A DNA stretch of 64,000 nt from Octopus vulgaris (taxonomy: Eukaryota). Positions 1 to 12,707 of the stretch are shown in pieces. Numbering within the stretch: position 1 is the first letter of the stretch; each line of letters starts with the position of its first letter. Under the pieces are notes generated by a model. That model did no database searches and had not been told where the DNA came from. It saw nothing but the letters and a program-made list of their open reading frames with translations. Position numbers and translations under genes: made by a program. The stretch spans positions 66,588,001 to 66,652,000 of the forward strand of contig OX597825.1 in assembly GCA_951406725.2 (NCBI GenBank), read 5' to 3'.

Positions 1-254
1 ATATACTTATATATATATATACATACACATATATATATATATGTATTATATATATTATATATATACTATATATTATATATATATGTTATGTCTATATATA
101 TTTTATATATAATTATAATATATGTCTATAATGTTTATATATACATACATATATATGTATATATACATAATATATATATTTTATATATATTATATATATA
201 CATATATATATTATATATGTATATATAAATACATAATATATATAATATATATAT

Positions 255-300
<46 letters not shown>

Positions 301-350
301 GTATTCATCTGCATATGTATATATATATATAGGTATATATAATATATATG

Positions 351-397
<47 letters not shown>
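1..397. repeat. degenerate (TA)n microsatellite field
   Basis: Near-continuous TA/TATG repeats. Confidence 0.95.
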
Positions 398-401
<4 letters not shown>

Positions 402-789
402 AAAAGTATATTTGCTACTTAAATGTGGCTAACCCGTAAGGGTGTATGCTACTGTATCCCCAGGAGGACACCTTCTCCAGTTGGCTATTACACTTTCTGA
501 GCCCTATCAGTATTTTCAAAGGGAAGCCATCCTTTCCATCTTCAATCTGACATGATACACACGGTCTCGAGTTTCTGGGTACTGACTCGTCATCAGCATT
601 TGACAATCACCGGTGTTTCTCTTTATTATGATAAAAATTATCATAGATAGAAGGGACGGAACAGGACACTTCAAACATTTAAAGGAGTTTTTTCTTTTAA
701 AAATGTATTTATATGTTTTAAAAGTTAATTTGACTTCGTCCGACTTTCGGCTTGTTGTCCAGCGACTACACCTTACTTTTACCATTGGA

Positions 790-1760
790 GGGATTAAGAA
801 GGGAAATTCATTCCCAACTTTCTTGCCACATCCTTGCATCTTTTCTCATACACGCTTTTCGACAGGTGCCTCTTCTTCAGCTCTATCTTACTTTTCAGTT
901 GATACCTGAAGTATTGTAGCATTCCAGTGCCGGAGATGAAGGTTCCTGTCTTGATCCCTTGCATTCTAGTTCTCCATGCACACTCTTTATCACTGCAACT
1001 GTACATAGAAAACAAACCTCACCTTCGTTGGATATTCCAGTGGGCGGTACACTCTTAATCAGAGACTCAGCTGATTGGTTGAAATTACAGAAATACGATA
1101 ACTTTAAGATGAAATAGCTTCGTAAATATAAAGCTTTCTCAAAAATGCTAAGAGTAAAAGATGTTTTATATGACACATTCTACCAGTGTCCGCAGTTTGA
1201 AAGTGTTTAGTTACAAATAATTATTTTTTAAATCTGTAGGTCAAAAGGTAAAGATCCTCATGTTTATATACTTGAATAACTGTTCCTTTGAAACTTTAAT
1301 TTCATAGAATTGTCCACCTACGGCGACCAAAAGACTACTTCTCTTTGCTACTTCCTGTTTGCCTTGTTGATTTTCTTCCTGTAACAGCGGGAAATCCATC
1401 TCGCAGAGAAGGAAGTGTAGCCTTGCTGCCAATTCTCCCAATTTTTCAAAAATGGCCTGGTAACAATTTTCAGAAAAAAAATTAAAAAAAATTTCCCTCT
1501 AACGGGAACACAAAAACAGTTCACAAAAATTATTTTCTCCCTGCAACGGAGCACACAAAATAAAGAAAATAAAAACAATTTTCTGCGCTGCATGGCGAAA
1601 ATACCGTTAGTACGGCGTCCGAGGTTCGAATTTCAACAATGTAACAAGCAACCAAAAAAAAACCATTAACACTAAATTAACAATAACAAACTGATAACTC
1701 ACTAAGCAAAGCAGCAGCAAAACACAGACGAGCGTAACACTCACCGGTTATTTCTTTATT
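790..1760 (-). mobile_element. internally deleted L1/Tx1-like non-LTR retrotransposon relic, interrupted by a MITE fragment at ~1073-1215
   Basis: ORF 794-1015 (KECAWRTRMQGIKTGTFISG..YFRYQLKSKIELKKRHLS..YEKR) resembles the C-terminus of Tx1-like ORF2. 1073-1215 matches the MITE interior at ~10051-10195. Confidence 0.45.
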
Positions 1761-1849
1761 AGAGGCACGAGGCTTAAACACAGAGGGGACATACACAGAC
1801 ATGCGGGAACAAAAAATACATGAATTAATGTAAAATGAATTAAATTACA

Positions 1850-2795
1850 ATGAAGATGAGACGGTTTTCTCGGTCCCGCTCCGAGACGAAACCGTGATTT
1901 CTTTTTCTACAATTAAATCAACGTTCTTACAGTCTTTTTCTTTTTTCTGTATCGTTCTTTTTTTTCTTTTTTCTTTAAACTTTTCAACAACCTATTTTCC
2001 TTTTTTTTTTATATACAAAACACAAATTTTACTCGTTTTTAAATGTTCATAAAGGGTTTCAAATCTAATTCCACCCAACATGTATCGCGTCTACACTGCA
2101 TAGTTTATTAAATCTTCATAATTTACCACAGGTGGCAATTCATCGTATTGAGCCGTTTTTTAAAAAAATTTCCATTCTCCTTCCAAATATTTCTTTCAAT
2201 CTTGCCACTTTTTCGCTTTCCAGTAGCACTGCTTTCATAATATGGTCTTTTTCATTATCTACTAATTTCACTCTTATTATACATTCCATTTTTGCTATAC
2301 GCTTTTCCATCTCTACACTTTTCTCGTATACGACTAACACTCGTTCATGTTTTCCTTTACTTGGCTTTCTCGGCTGTATTTCTTGACTCTCTACACCAGT
2401 AACAGGTGTCTTCATTTTTGTTTGCTGTTCATTTCCTTATTTCTTCTGTCGCTCCTTCTCCTAACTCGTTGAAGGCTTTGGCCCTTGAGTTCGATTCTTC
2501 GTTGCTTCCTCATTTTTCCTTTTCTCTTTTTCCTTCTCTTCCGCCTTTCTTTTCTTTTTCGGTGGAGAATCGCTATTTCCTTTCTTCTCTACCATTGTAA
2601 ACTCTATTTCCTTCTCCAATATTATATTCGCTTCTATCTTCTATCTCCACCATTTCATGTTCTTGTTTCTGGGGACACTTTGCCTTCATGTGCGCCCTTA
2701 CTCCGCATTTGAAGCATATAGGTGGTCCACCCTCCACTATGACTCTCAGTCTGGTCCCGTCGGGCAGGACAACTTCTGTCATTTTGTGGAGGTCA
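1850..2795 (-). mobile_element. ORF1 (gag-like, zinc knuckle) relic of an L1/Tx1-like element
   Basis: VVLPDGTRLRVIVEGGPPICFKCGVRAHMKAKCP contains a CX2CX4HX4C knuckle and is homologous to the knuckle region of ORF 62633-62965. Confidence 0.6.
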
Positions 2796-2799
2796 GGCA

Positions 2800-3895
2800 G
2801 GCTGATAAGGACAATCACCTCTAGGCCACACAAAGTCAGTAGCAGTGGTGTTCCACAAGGCACTGTATTGGGACCACTTCTTTTCATCATCTACATCAAT
2901 GACTTTACTTACATCATCAAGCACAGCAACATAAGAATTTTGCAAATGATTCCAAGATCCAGAAGGTCATCAATGAAATAGGTGACCGGACGTGCCTTTA
3001 GTCAGATCTACTGGCTGTCATCCAATGGGTGGAAAAGAATAATATGCTGCTGAACGAGGACAAGTTTGAGTTAATCTATTTCGGAAAAGAAGATAACCTG
3101 AAACTCCCATACTCCCTTCCTTCAGGTGAAACTCTCATGGCATCCAACAACATCAGAAGAATTGAGGGCAATTGTGGACAACAACATAAGCTGGGCCACT
3201 CATATAAACAGCAAAGTTGACATGACCCACAAAATGTGTTCCTGGTCTCTCAGACCTTTCCAGTCGAGAGATATCCACACCTTTATCCTTCTCTTCTCCA
3301 CATTTGCCCGACTCCACCTTGAATACTGTTGTCCACTGTGGTTTCCCCATACGAAGCAAAATATCATGAAAGTTGAAGCATCTCAAAGGTCAATTACTAA
3401 AAAGATAGATGGCATTACAGGCCTTGACTATTGGCGTCGAATAGCAAAGCTCAAGTTTTATTCTCTCCAACACTGCCGTGAGCACTACGTCATCTGCATA
3501 ATGTGGAAAATATTCCATTGACATTGCCCAAACGATGTTGACTTCACCTTTAAGATACACCCAAAACTTGGGCCCCGCTCTATCCACCCACAACACAAAT
3601 CACACTCGCATCTCATGACAACAATACAGCACAATAATTTCACCTCAATTAGCCCCACTCTCTTTAACATTACGCAAAAACATACTAAAGCAGAAACAGA
3701 TCTCTTAAAGATCAAGAAGTCTTTGGGCAAATTCCTTCAAGAAATTCCGGATAAATCTCCTACACCCGGATATGTGTCCGTAACTCTCTACTCGAGTGGG
3801 ACGTGTTGTCCGATTCCTGATTTGAATGACATCACCAGGTGATGCTATTAGGTTAGACATGGTCTGGGCCAATACTGGCCGAAACCTAGCAAAGC
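2800..3895 (+). mobile_element. 5'-truncated, frameshifted CR1/L2-group LINE reverse transcriptase
   Basis: SGVPQGTVLGPLLFIIYIND, NMLLNEDKFE, RLHLEYCCPLWFP, LKFYSLQH..E motifs across broken frames. Confidence 0.9.
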
Positions 3896-3993
<98 letters not shown>

Positions 3994-4075
3994 ATATATA
4001 TGTATGCATGTATGTATATATATATATATATGTATGTATGTATGTATCTATGTATATATGCAAGTATGTATGTGC

Positions 4076-4129
<54 letters not shown>

Positions 4130-4920
4130 GAGCGAGAGCGAGAGAGAGAGAGCGAGAGCAAGAGAGAGCGAGCGAGCGAGAGAGAGAGAGTGAGAAAGAG
4201 AGACAGACAGACAGAGAGAGGGATAGATAGATCAAAGTGTGTGCAAGCCCATGTTAAAAATAACTTCACTAGACTGCTTTCTATTCCTTTTCAGTCATTG
4301 TTTTTTGTCAAAGTAATACCCTAGCAGTCGTTTTTTAAACTAACCATTAATATGAACATACCAAGGGTTATGTAACTTAACTAGGCCAGTTAGCTTAGCA
4401 AACAGCATTTGTTTCGATGAATGTTAGCAGGGAATAGCAAGAATAGTGTACGACAGAATATAACATCGTGTATTGGATTACACTCGGTTAATGTTCTGGA
4501 TGTGCAGATCTATACTTAACGCGATACAGCTGTGAGCGGCTTGTCTTTGCGTTGCGAGTATTTTTAAAAGTAGTAACCCCAAAAATTTCAGGAAGATTTG
4601 GTAATTAATTCTGGGTAATCTAACGATCATGTGCATGCTTAAAAGCTAATTCTGTATCGCATGCGTCCACATTCAAAATAAATAGTAGTATCATATGCAG
4701 TTATAATTAGTGGAACGACTGGAACCCTTTCAGAAGATGCTTTATGGTAAAGTAAATGTGATATATGTGTGTGTGTGTGTATGTGTATGTTTGTACGTGT
4801 GTGTGCGTGTGTGTATGTATGTTTGTATGTATGTATTTATATATATATATATATATATATGCAAATATACATAACACATACATAAATCAGCTATACACAT
4901 ACATATGCATACACACACAG

Positions 4921-4984
<64 letters not shown>

Positions 4985-5359
4985 GCAACGCTGTTAACTC
5001 TCTGCAGAATACTAGCTTGAGCGGAAATTGAGGGAAAATATTAATGGATTAGGCGGTATTTCCGTTACCACTGCCGCGAACTTCGGGCATGACAAGTCAA
5101 TGAGTGCGTTTCTATGTTTTTTGGAGCAGCAACCAAAAATGTGTCTCAAATCATTGACTTATGTCTTTTATAAAGAAGTGCAAATCAGGTAACGGGGTCA
5201 TATATTGTATAAGTGTTCACGACTGAGTTATTTATGGCTGGCTTGAATTTGACCCAGAGGTCTTCTTCAATAACCCTTGACTTGAAAATACTTGGGAAAT
5301 CAAGAATATATATGTTGTATGGCCCTATATTGTTCAAATACATACCACTGGCCCCTCTT

Positions 5360-5590
5360 TTATTCTTTTACTCTTTTACTAGTTCCAGTGATTTGACTGC
5401 GGCCATGCTGGAGCACCGCCTTTAGTCGGGCAAATCGACCCCAGGACTTATTCTTTTTGAAACCTAATACTTATTCTATCGGTCTCTTTTGCCGAACCGC
5501 TAAGTTTAGGGGGACGTAAACACACCACCGTCGGTTGTCAAGCGATGTTGGAGGGGGGACAAACATAGACACACAAACACACACACTCAC

Positions 5591-5625
<35 letters not shown>

Positions 5626-5822
5626 CACACAAACACAAACACACACACACACACACACACATACATATATATACATATGTACGACGGGCTTCTTTCAGTC
5701 TCCGTCTACCAAATCCACACACAAGGCTTTGGTCGGCCCTAGGCTATAGTAGAAGACACTTACCGAAGGTGCCACGCAGTGGGAATGAACCCGGACCCAT
5801 GTGGTTGGTAAACAAGCTCTCC
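5360..5822 (-). mobile_element. tRNA-derived SINE family B (CORE-like segment, internal (CA)n)
   Basis: Reverse complement of the full copy at 30469-30885. Confidence 0.85.
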
Positions 5823-6399
5823 ACCTACAGATGGATGCGTCACAATTACCAACTAGCAACTGTGTCTAGACGTAAATGAAAAAGGGAGATAATCTCGAAA
5901 CGAGCACTCTACAAAGCGATCGTGTCATTTAAGGAAAAGGGCAGGCTTATTTTCTAGAGGTAAGACATAAGAGGATAGTCGTGGACTTTTGTTTCTGCCT
6001 CAATATGCCTAAACTGCCCTTCACTGTCTCCAACAGCTAAGGAGTATAAAAATATGAAACAAAGAGTAAAACACATTTACGGCCAAGAAAGGTTCCGTTA
6101 AAAGCCGCCGTTTACGGAATGAGGATGACAACGTAGCTTTCACGCCAGTGCAACCGCCAGTCTATCGCGTGTGGTGGGTGGATCTTCAATTTGCCACACA
6201 CATTCTTAGTAGCTTAGAGTAGGCTCGAATTAGAGATTATTCTTTGTGGCTAATGGCGTGAGTCTTGATTGGAAGAAAAAGAAGACCACAACAGGAACAA
6301 CTGCAAGAGCAACAGAAGAAACAACAACAACAACAACAATAAATATTACAGCAACAAAGGATGCGATTGCTAAAGTCGTCAGGAAGGCCAGAAAAAGTG

Positions 6400-7340
6400 T
6401 TGTCGCCAGACTGTTACGAATTCAATAGCTGAATTCAAATATGAACCTGACGAAGGAGTTACCTTGGAAGCATACTACAGAAGATATGAGCAAATCTTCG
6501 AGAAAGAATGTAAAGATTGGGACGTCGAGATGAAAACGCGCTTAATCTTGAGAAAACTGGCGCCAGCAGAACATGAACGATACAGTAATTATGTACTCCC
6601 AAGAATAACCGTTTGACGTAAAGTTTAATGACACAATAGATATATTGTGTACAATTTTCAGTGAAAAAAGCTTCTTGTTCAACACACGGTGGAAGCGTTT
6701 GAACACAGACAAAAACAGTAACGAGTACTGCATCATATATGTTGGTAGAGTTAAAAGGGAATGCGAGACGTTTATGCTGGAAACATTAATTCCAGATATG
6801 TTCAGATGCCTGATTTTTTCATAGGGACTAACTGTCGCAAAGGACGCAGAAGTCAGAAATAGCATTCTTGCAAAGCTGGTGCAAAGCCAGGATGTAACCC
6901 TGCAAGGAACGTCTGAATAATTTTACAGGGTACTTAAATTGCTCGCGGTAGAATTGTTCGCGGTAGAACATATAACTACGGCGCCATACCATCCCAGATA
7001 TGATGGAAAGTTAGAATGCATTATTGATACCTTCAAAAGCGATTGAAGAAAAACAGATAAGAAGAGCACGGATGAGGTAGCTCTTCGACAATTTTTAGGA
7101 GTGTAGCGTGTAACATCAAATCCGAAAACACCGGCAGGTAGCTCACAGGCGGAGCTGATGTTTGCAAGGAAAGTAAAGTCAGTTTTTGATAAATTGCTAC
7201 CTGGCAAAAAATGAAAAAGTGCCAGGAAGACAAAGCAAAATTTTTTCAAGTTAGTGATAATGTGTATATGAGGACATACAAAAATGAAAAGCAGAACTGG
7301 AAAGAGGGCGAAATTATCAAATGCATACGTAAAATGGTGT
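6400..7340 (+). mobile_element. internally deleted Ty3/Gypsy LTR retrotransposon (gag and integrase C-terminal remnants)
   Basis: Gag-like FEKECKDWDVEMKTRL..RKLAPAEHERYSNYVLP..FNDTIDILCTIFSEKSFLFNTRW, then integrase-like HITTAPYHP....ELMFARKVKSVFDKLLP. No RT/RNaseH is visible between them. Confidence 0.7.
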
Positions 7341-7342
7341 AA

Positions 7343-7575
7343 AGGCGGCGAGCTGGCAGATTCGTTAGCAGACCGGGCGAAATGCGTAGCCGTATTTCGT
7401 CTGCCGTTACGTTCTAAGTTCAAATTCCGTCGAGGTCGACTTTGCCTTTCATCCTTTCGGGGTCGATAAATTAAGTACCAGTTACGCACTGCGGTCGATG
7501 TAATCGACTTAATCCGTTTGTCTGCCCTTGTTTGTCCCCTCTACGTTTAGCCCCTTGTGGGTAGTAAAGAAATAG
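7343..7575 (+). mobile_element. tRNA-derived SINE family A
   Basis: GGCGGCGAGCTGGCAG head, GAGTTCAAATTCC-type B box and CCTTTCATCCTTTCGGGGTCGAT core; more than 10 copies in the window. Confidence 0.9.
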
Positions 7576-7881
7576 ATGTACTGGATAAAAAGTAGAAAAG
7601 GCATAAAGAGACACTTGAACTGAAAAATAGATTCGTGGAAAGTGAACCAAAGAAGTTGGAGGAAGCGATAGAATGGTTGTACGATACGTTCCAAATACCA
7701 ACCCCACTGTAGGTGATTGAACCCAGACATTCCTGAAAATATATGCCAAACGCAAAAAATATTAAATTGTACGAAAACGGAAACAAAAAGCAAAACTCGA
7801 AAAAGGGAAATGGGGTGAATGAGAAACACTATTGCTAAATAAAATGATACTTCCTAAAAAAAAAATAAATAAAAGTGGAGA

Positions 7882-8211
7882 TGTAGAGAATTGGTAATAA
7901 TGGTACACCACTCCTACGTGGCAAGTGGTATAATTTTTGTCACTATGAATAGGAGAGTACAGAGGGTACGGGAGTACATATTAGATTGTGTTGTTAGTCG
8001 TGTCTGTACTGATATAGTAATTATATTACGATCCTAAATAGACGTTATAACGATCCAACTTTTGGGGGATAATAACACTGTACGACTGGGGGGTCGTACA
8101 GTGCCAGATAGAAATATCCTATCGACGACTTTGAAGTATAACAATATCTGTCAGAGCGACAGCGGTCGTCAAAAGGGAGATACAACAGTGGCAAAAGACC
8201 GCTTTATAACA
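7882..8211 (+). mobile_element. possible 3' LTR of the Gypsy relic
   Basis: Purine tract AAAAGTGGAGA directly followed by TGT...ACA termini. No second LTR copy found. Confidence 0.35.
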
Positions 8212-8232
8212 ATACATACATACATACATACA

Positions 8233-8264
<32 letters not shown>

Positions 8265-8410
8265 CAAACACATTTATGTATGCTTGGTGGGGGCCATTTC
8301 TCAGCTCCCCGAAATGACAGAACTTGATATCCACCAACGGAGGAAGAACTCTCCACTGCAATCGATGAACTTGCAAGTGGAAAATATATGTATATATATA
8401 TATATGCAAG

Positions 8411-8441
<31 letters not shown>

Positions 8442-8458
8442 GTATATATATGTGTACT

Positions 8459-8502
<44 letters not shown>

Positions 8503-8515
8503 TACATATATATAA

Positions 8516-8546
<31 letters not shown>

Positions 8547-8564
8547 TATATGCGTGTGTGTGTG

Positions 8565-8646
<82 letters not shown>

Positions 8647-8763
8647 TATAGTTGTGTGTGTATATATATGTATGTATGTATATGTATATATATATATATA
8701 TATATGTGTATATATATATGTATATGTAACAAATGAAAGATAGATGGAATATACGAGAATTTA

Positions 8764-8880
8764 TTATTATTAACGACAATTGTTTCGACACATCTAGCGT
8801 CGATTCCTCTTGGGTGGGACACTCAACAACTGTTTCAGGAGCATCCGGTGGTACAGATGTATCTCGTCAGGTGATAAATA
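8764..8880 (-). ncRNA. type I hammerhead ribozyme
   Basis: Minus strand: ttatcac-CTGACGA-gatacatct-(long loop)-agatgtgtc-GAAAC-aatt-GTC-gttaataa. Intact core, 9-bp stem II, palindromic stem III (ACAATTGT), imperfect stem I. Confidence 0.75.
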
Positions 8881-9040
8881 AATAAGTACAATTCGTTAAA
8901 ATAGCTGTTCCGCAATGTAACATTCCGTTTTGTAGAGAGAAAACAGTCAGGCGGAGGAAATATCTTCATTGATACAGAAGATCAAAAATAAAGTCACAGA
9001 TGACAAATACAGAAACGGATACGCAATCCAGCGGGAGAAG

Positions 9041-9080
<40 letters not shown>

Positions 9081-9161
9081 TAATCCAAACATGAAAACAC
9101 AAAGAGAAAACACAACAACGCGAGGACGTGGAACAAGTATAGTATTATTGGAAGAAGGAGG

Positions 9162-9196
9162 GTTTTACGTTTGGAGCGGAGCTCTTCGTCAGAAAC
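9162..9196 (-). ncRNA. minimal hammerhead ribozyme with one core mutation
   Basis: gttt-CTGACGA-a-gagc-tcc-gctc-CAAAC-GTA-aaac (GAAAC changed to CAAAC). Confidence 0.55.
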
Positions 9197-9375
9197 ATAG
9201 GAAAAGGAAAGATCCAGAGAAGGGAAGACGGAGGAAAAAAAAATCGCCAACGGTACACACGCGGTCACATATATATATATATATATATATAATAAATATT
9301 AGGGAATAAATCCAAATTTACAGGGAAAAAATCAGATTTAGGATTAAATCCAATTTTATAGTAAAATATTATATA

Positions 9376-9534
9376 ATATTAATTAGAGACAAAACCACTA
9401 TTTTGCAAAACAAACAAGGAAAGACTTAATCAATACATAAAATTTTAATTTTACTTTTTTACTTTTTATTAAAATTTTATGTATTGATTAAGTCTTTCCT
9501 TGTTTGTTTTGCAAAATAGTGGTTTTGTCTCTAA

Positions 9535-9541
<7 letters not shown>
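9376..9541. repeat. perfect 74-bp inverted repeat with 18-nt loop, abutting (TA)n
   Basis: Arms 9376-9449 and 9468-9541 are exact reverse complements. Confidence 0.95.
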
Positions 9542-9606
<65 letters not shown>

Positions 9607-9817
9607 CATACATACATATATTCACACACATTTAGTGCTCGACCCAACAAAATCTTGGGTCGAGCTCAAACGTGCCTTGACTATAACTGTGTAACCTCGC
9701 CGCTCATATCGATGTTTTCAATTTTAAAAATTTCTATTAACTTCTTTAAACTTAGTTAAAATTGCATATATTTTAGGTTAAAACATTCATTGTATTAGAA
9801 CCTTTATTTTCATATAA

Positions 9818-10235
9818 GGGATCTTTTCGGTTTGAACGGCAGTTTCTATTAGCGGTGTCATATGAAATTGTCACCCATAATTATGACCCTAGTATCGATC
9901 TATTGCATTTCAATCTGTTTTAGGGTTAGGGTTAGGGGTGGGGGGAAGGGTATTTTTTTTCTTCACAAATGTAAATAAACCCAATCTGTTTCTTAAACGA
10001 GGGACATATTCATAGGGCACAGAATGCTTTTTAACTCAATGGACGTAATTGATTGGTTGAAATTGCAGAAATTGAAGAAAAACAACAACAAATATCTTAC
10101 AAACTATAGAATTTTCTCAATAAAGCCAAGAGAAAAAGATGTTTTATAAACACATTCTACCAGTATACGAGTTTAAATTTTTTCTAGTTACCTAGAAATT
10201 ATGTTAAAAGCTGCCGTTCAAACCGAAAAGATCCC
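9818..10235. mobile_element. MITE with 25-bp TIRs and 6-bp TSD
   Basis: TIR GGGATCTTTTCGGTTTGAACGGCAG / CTGCCGTTCAAACCGAAAAGATCCC, flanked by ATATAA on both sides. A homologous empty site lies at ~13115-13135. Confidence 0.9.
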
Positions 10236-10652
10236 ATATAAGTTTTATTGCATAATCATTAATAATTGTAATATCAAAGAAATCTTTTTGATATTATTTA
10301 CTCAAGAACCTCTTCATATTCATTTTCGTTCGTTTCTCTATTTTAGTCTTACCACTCTTCTTCCTTCTCTTCCCACTCTTCTTCCTTCTGTGTTTGTTCA
10401 CTCTCTTTCTCTTACTTATTCTCGTCCCGTTTCTATCAGCATCCCCTCTTTATATATCTACCTATCTATCTATTTCTCTCTCTTTCTGTCTATCTGTCTC
10501 TGTCTTTCCCTCTGTCTCTTTTGTTTGCTTTTCTCTCTCCCACGCTTCTACGTTTCTTTACTCTCTTTTCAACTTATTCTAATTCCCTTTCTGTCATTTC
10601 TGTATCAATCTTCTTCTCTAGCTATGAATCCTCCCCTCTCTCTATATATATC

Positions 10653-10736
<84 letters not shown>

Positions 10737-10751
10737 CTGTTTCTCTCTTTC

Positions 10752-11078
10752 TGGAGGCGCATGGCTTAGTGGTTAAGGGTACTCACTCACGGTCGTGAAG
10801 TCGCGTGTTCGATTCCCAGTGGCGCGTTGTGTCCTTCAGCAAGACACTTTTTTTACGTTGCTCCAGTCCACTCAGCTGACAGAAAATGAGTAGTACCTGT
10901 ATTTCAAAAAAGGGCCAGCCTTGTCACACTCTGTGCCACATTGAATCTCCCAGAGAACTATGTTAAGGATGTACGTGTCTCTGGAGTACTCAACCACGTG
11001 CACGTTAATTTCCCGAGAAGGCTGTTCCGTTGATCAGACCAAGTGGAACTCTTGTCGTCGTAACTGACAGAGTGTCAG
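10752..11078 (+). mobile_element. tRNA-derived SINE family C
   Basis: GGAGGCGCATGGCTTAGTGGTTA A-box head and GTTCGATTCCC B box. Related copies at 12777, 13658, 29172, 31448, 38034 and 57545. Confidence 0.8.
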
Positions 11079-11083
11079 TGCTC

Positions 11084-11129
<46 letters not shown>

Positions 11130-11595
11130 ACTCTTCCTTTTTCTCTATCACTGACTTTCTCTTTTTCTGTCTTTTCTTTTGCATTCCCCCTTTACACACA
11201 TGCTTGTCCTAAAGCTGCAACTTCCTCTCTATCTCTCTTACACCTCCTCTATCTTCCAAATCATATTCACATTTCACTCGGCTCTCTATTTTGCTCTTAC
11301 TTCACCTCTCCCACCCTACTTCTTTCTATGTTTGTTTACTCTACCTCCGACTTAATCTCCACTCCTTTCTATCACAGTCATCCTCTCTTTATATATCTAT
11401 CTCTCACTTTATCTCTCTCTGTCTTTCTGTATTTTCTTCTGTCTCTTCTGTTTGCTTTTCTCTTCCCCACTCTTCTCCTTTCTAAATGTTTCTTTAATCT
11501 CTTTTCAACTCATTCTCCTTCCCTTTCTGTCAATTCTGTAACAATTCTTCTGTCTATTTATGAGTCCTCTCCTTTCTCTATATCTATCTTGCTGT

Positions 11596-12010
11596 GGCGG
11601 CGAGATGGCAGAAACATTAGCACGCCGGGCGAAATGCGTAGCCGTATTTCGTCTGCCGTTACGTTCTGAGTTCAAATTCCGCCGAGGTCGACTTTGCCTT
11701 TCATCCTTTCGGGGTCAATTAAATAAGTACCAGTTACGCACTGAGGTCGATATAATCGACTTAATCCGCTTGTCTGTCCTTGTTTGTCTCCTCTGTGTTT
11801 AGCCCCTTGTGGCTAGTAAAGAAATAGGTATTTCGTCTATCATTACGTTCTGAGTTCAAATTCCGCCGAGGTCGACTTTGCCTTTCATCCTTTCGGGGTT
11901 GATAAATTAAGTACCAGTTACGCACTGGGGTCGACGTAATCGACTTAATCCGTTTGTCTGTCCTTGTTTGTCCCCTCTATGATTAGCCCCTTGTGGGTAA
12001 TAAAGAAATA
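11596..12010 (+). mobile_element. dimeric SINE A with 17-bp TSD
   Basis: One head and two body modules; TATATCTATCTTGCTGT duplicated at 11579 and 12011. Confidence 0.9.
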
Positions 12011-12707
12011 TATATCTATCTTGCTGTCTGTCTGTCTGTCTATCTTTATCGCTGTCTTTCTCTTACTCTTTTTTTTTGTTTGCGTTTCTCTCTTACACTC
12101 TTCCTCCTCCTACGACTGCAACTTCCTCCTCTATCTCCCGAACATGCATTTGTACCTTTTCTTTCCTGTCTACTTTGCTTATTCCTCTCTACATCACAAC
12201 ACTACAGATGTTAAACTGACCACCGGGTCATGTCTTCTCTCTGGCTGTGTCTTGTCTCTTCTTTCCGGTGACCTTCGCCAGGTCAAATTTAATTAGCACC
12301 ATGCCCAAATTCTTATTAATTTATTACATTAGTACTTTTCTTCCTTTGCGCTAGGCTCAAAGGTAACACGAATAGCGTGAACAGTGGGAGGTCCAAGTGT
12401 TATTATGTGAAGTAATGTGGTCCCTTGACCTGTTAGAAATAGCTGCCAGATTGCCCCAAATCACTTCCTACTGTCTCTTAGAAAAGACGCATTTGATGAT
12501 GTAATTCTAGACGAACTGTGTCCGAAATACAGAATGGTTGGTCAAGCTGAAACATCTTTGATCGGAGGTCTGCTAGCTGAGGTGTGGTGCGGGGCTAAAT
12601 AATCTAATATGCTTTATGTACAAAGTGACGTACATATTTATATAACACATATATATTATACTCAAATTAAACGAATATATGGGTCAAGCAGTAAACGAGC
12701 TTGACCT

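Noticed and set aside
122-439. YI/CV/HT/MYVC-repeat ORFs here and throughout the track
   Set aside because: Translations of (TA)n, (CA)n and (TATG)n microsatellites.
9919-9945. Interstitial telomere
   Set aside because: Only about three TTAGGG units, lying inside a MITE.
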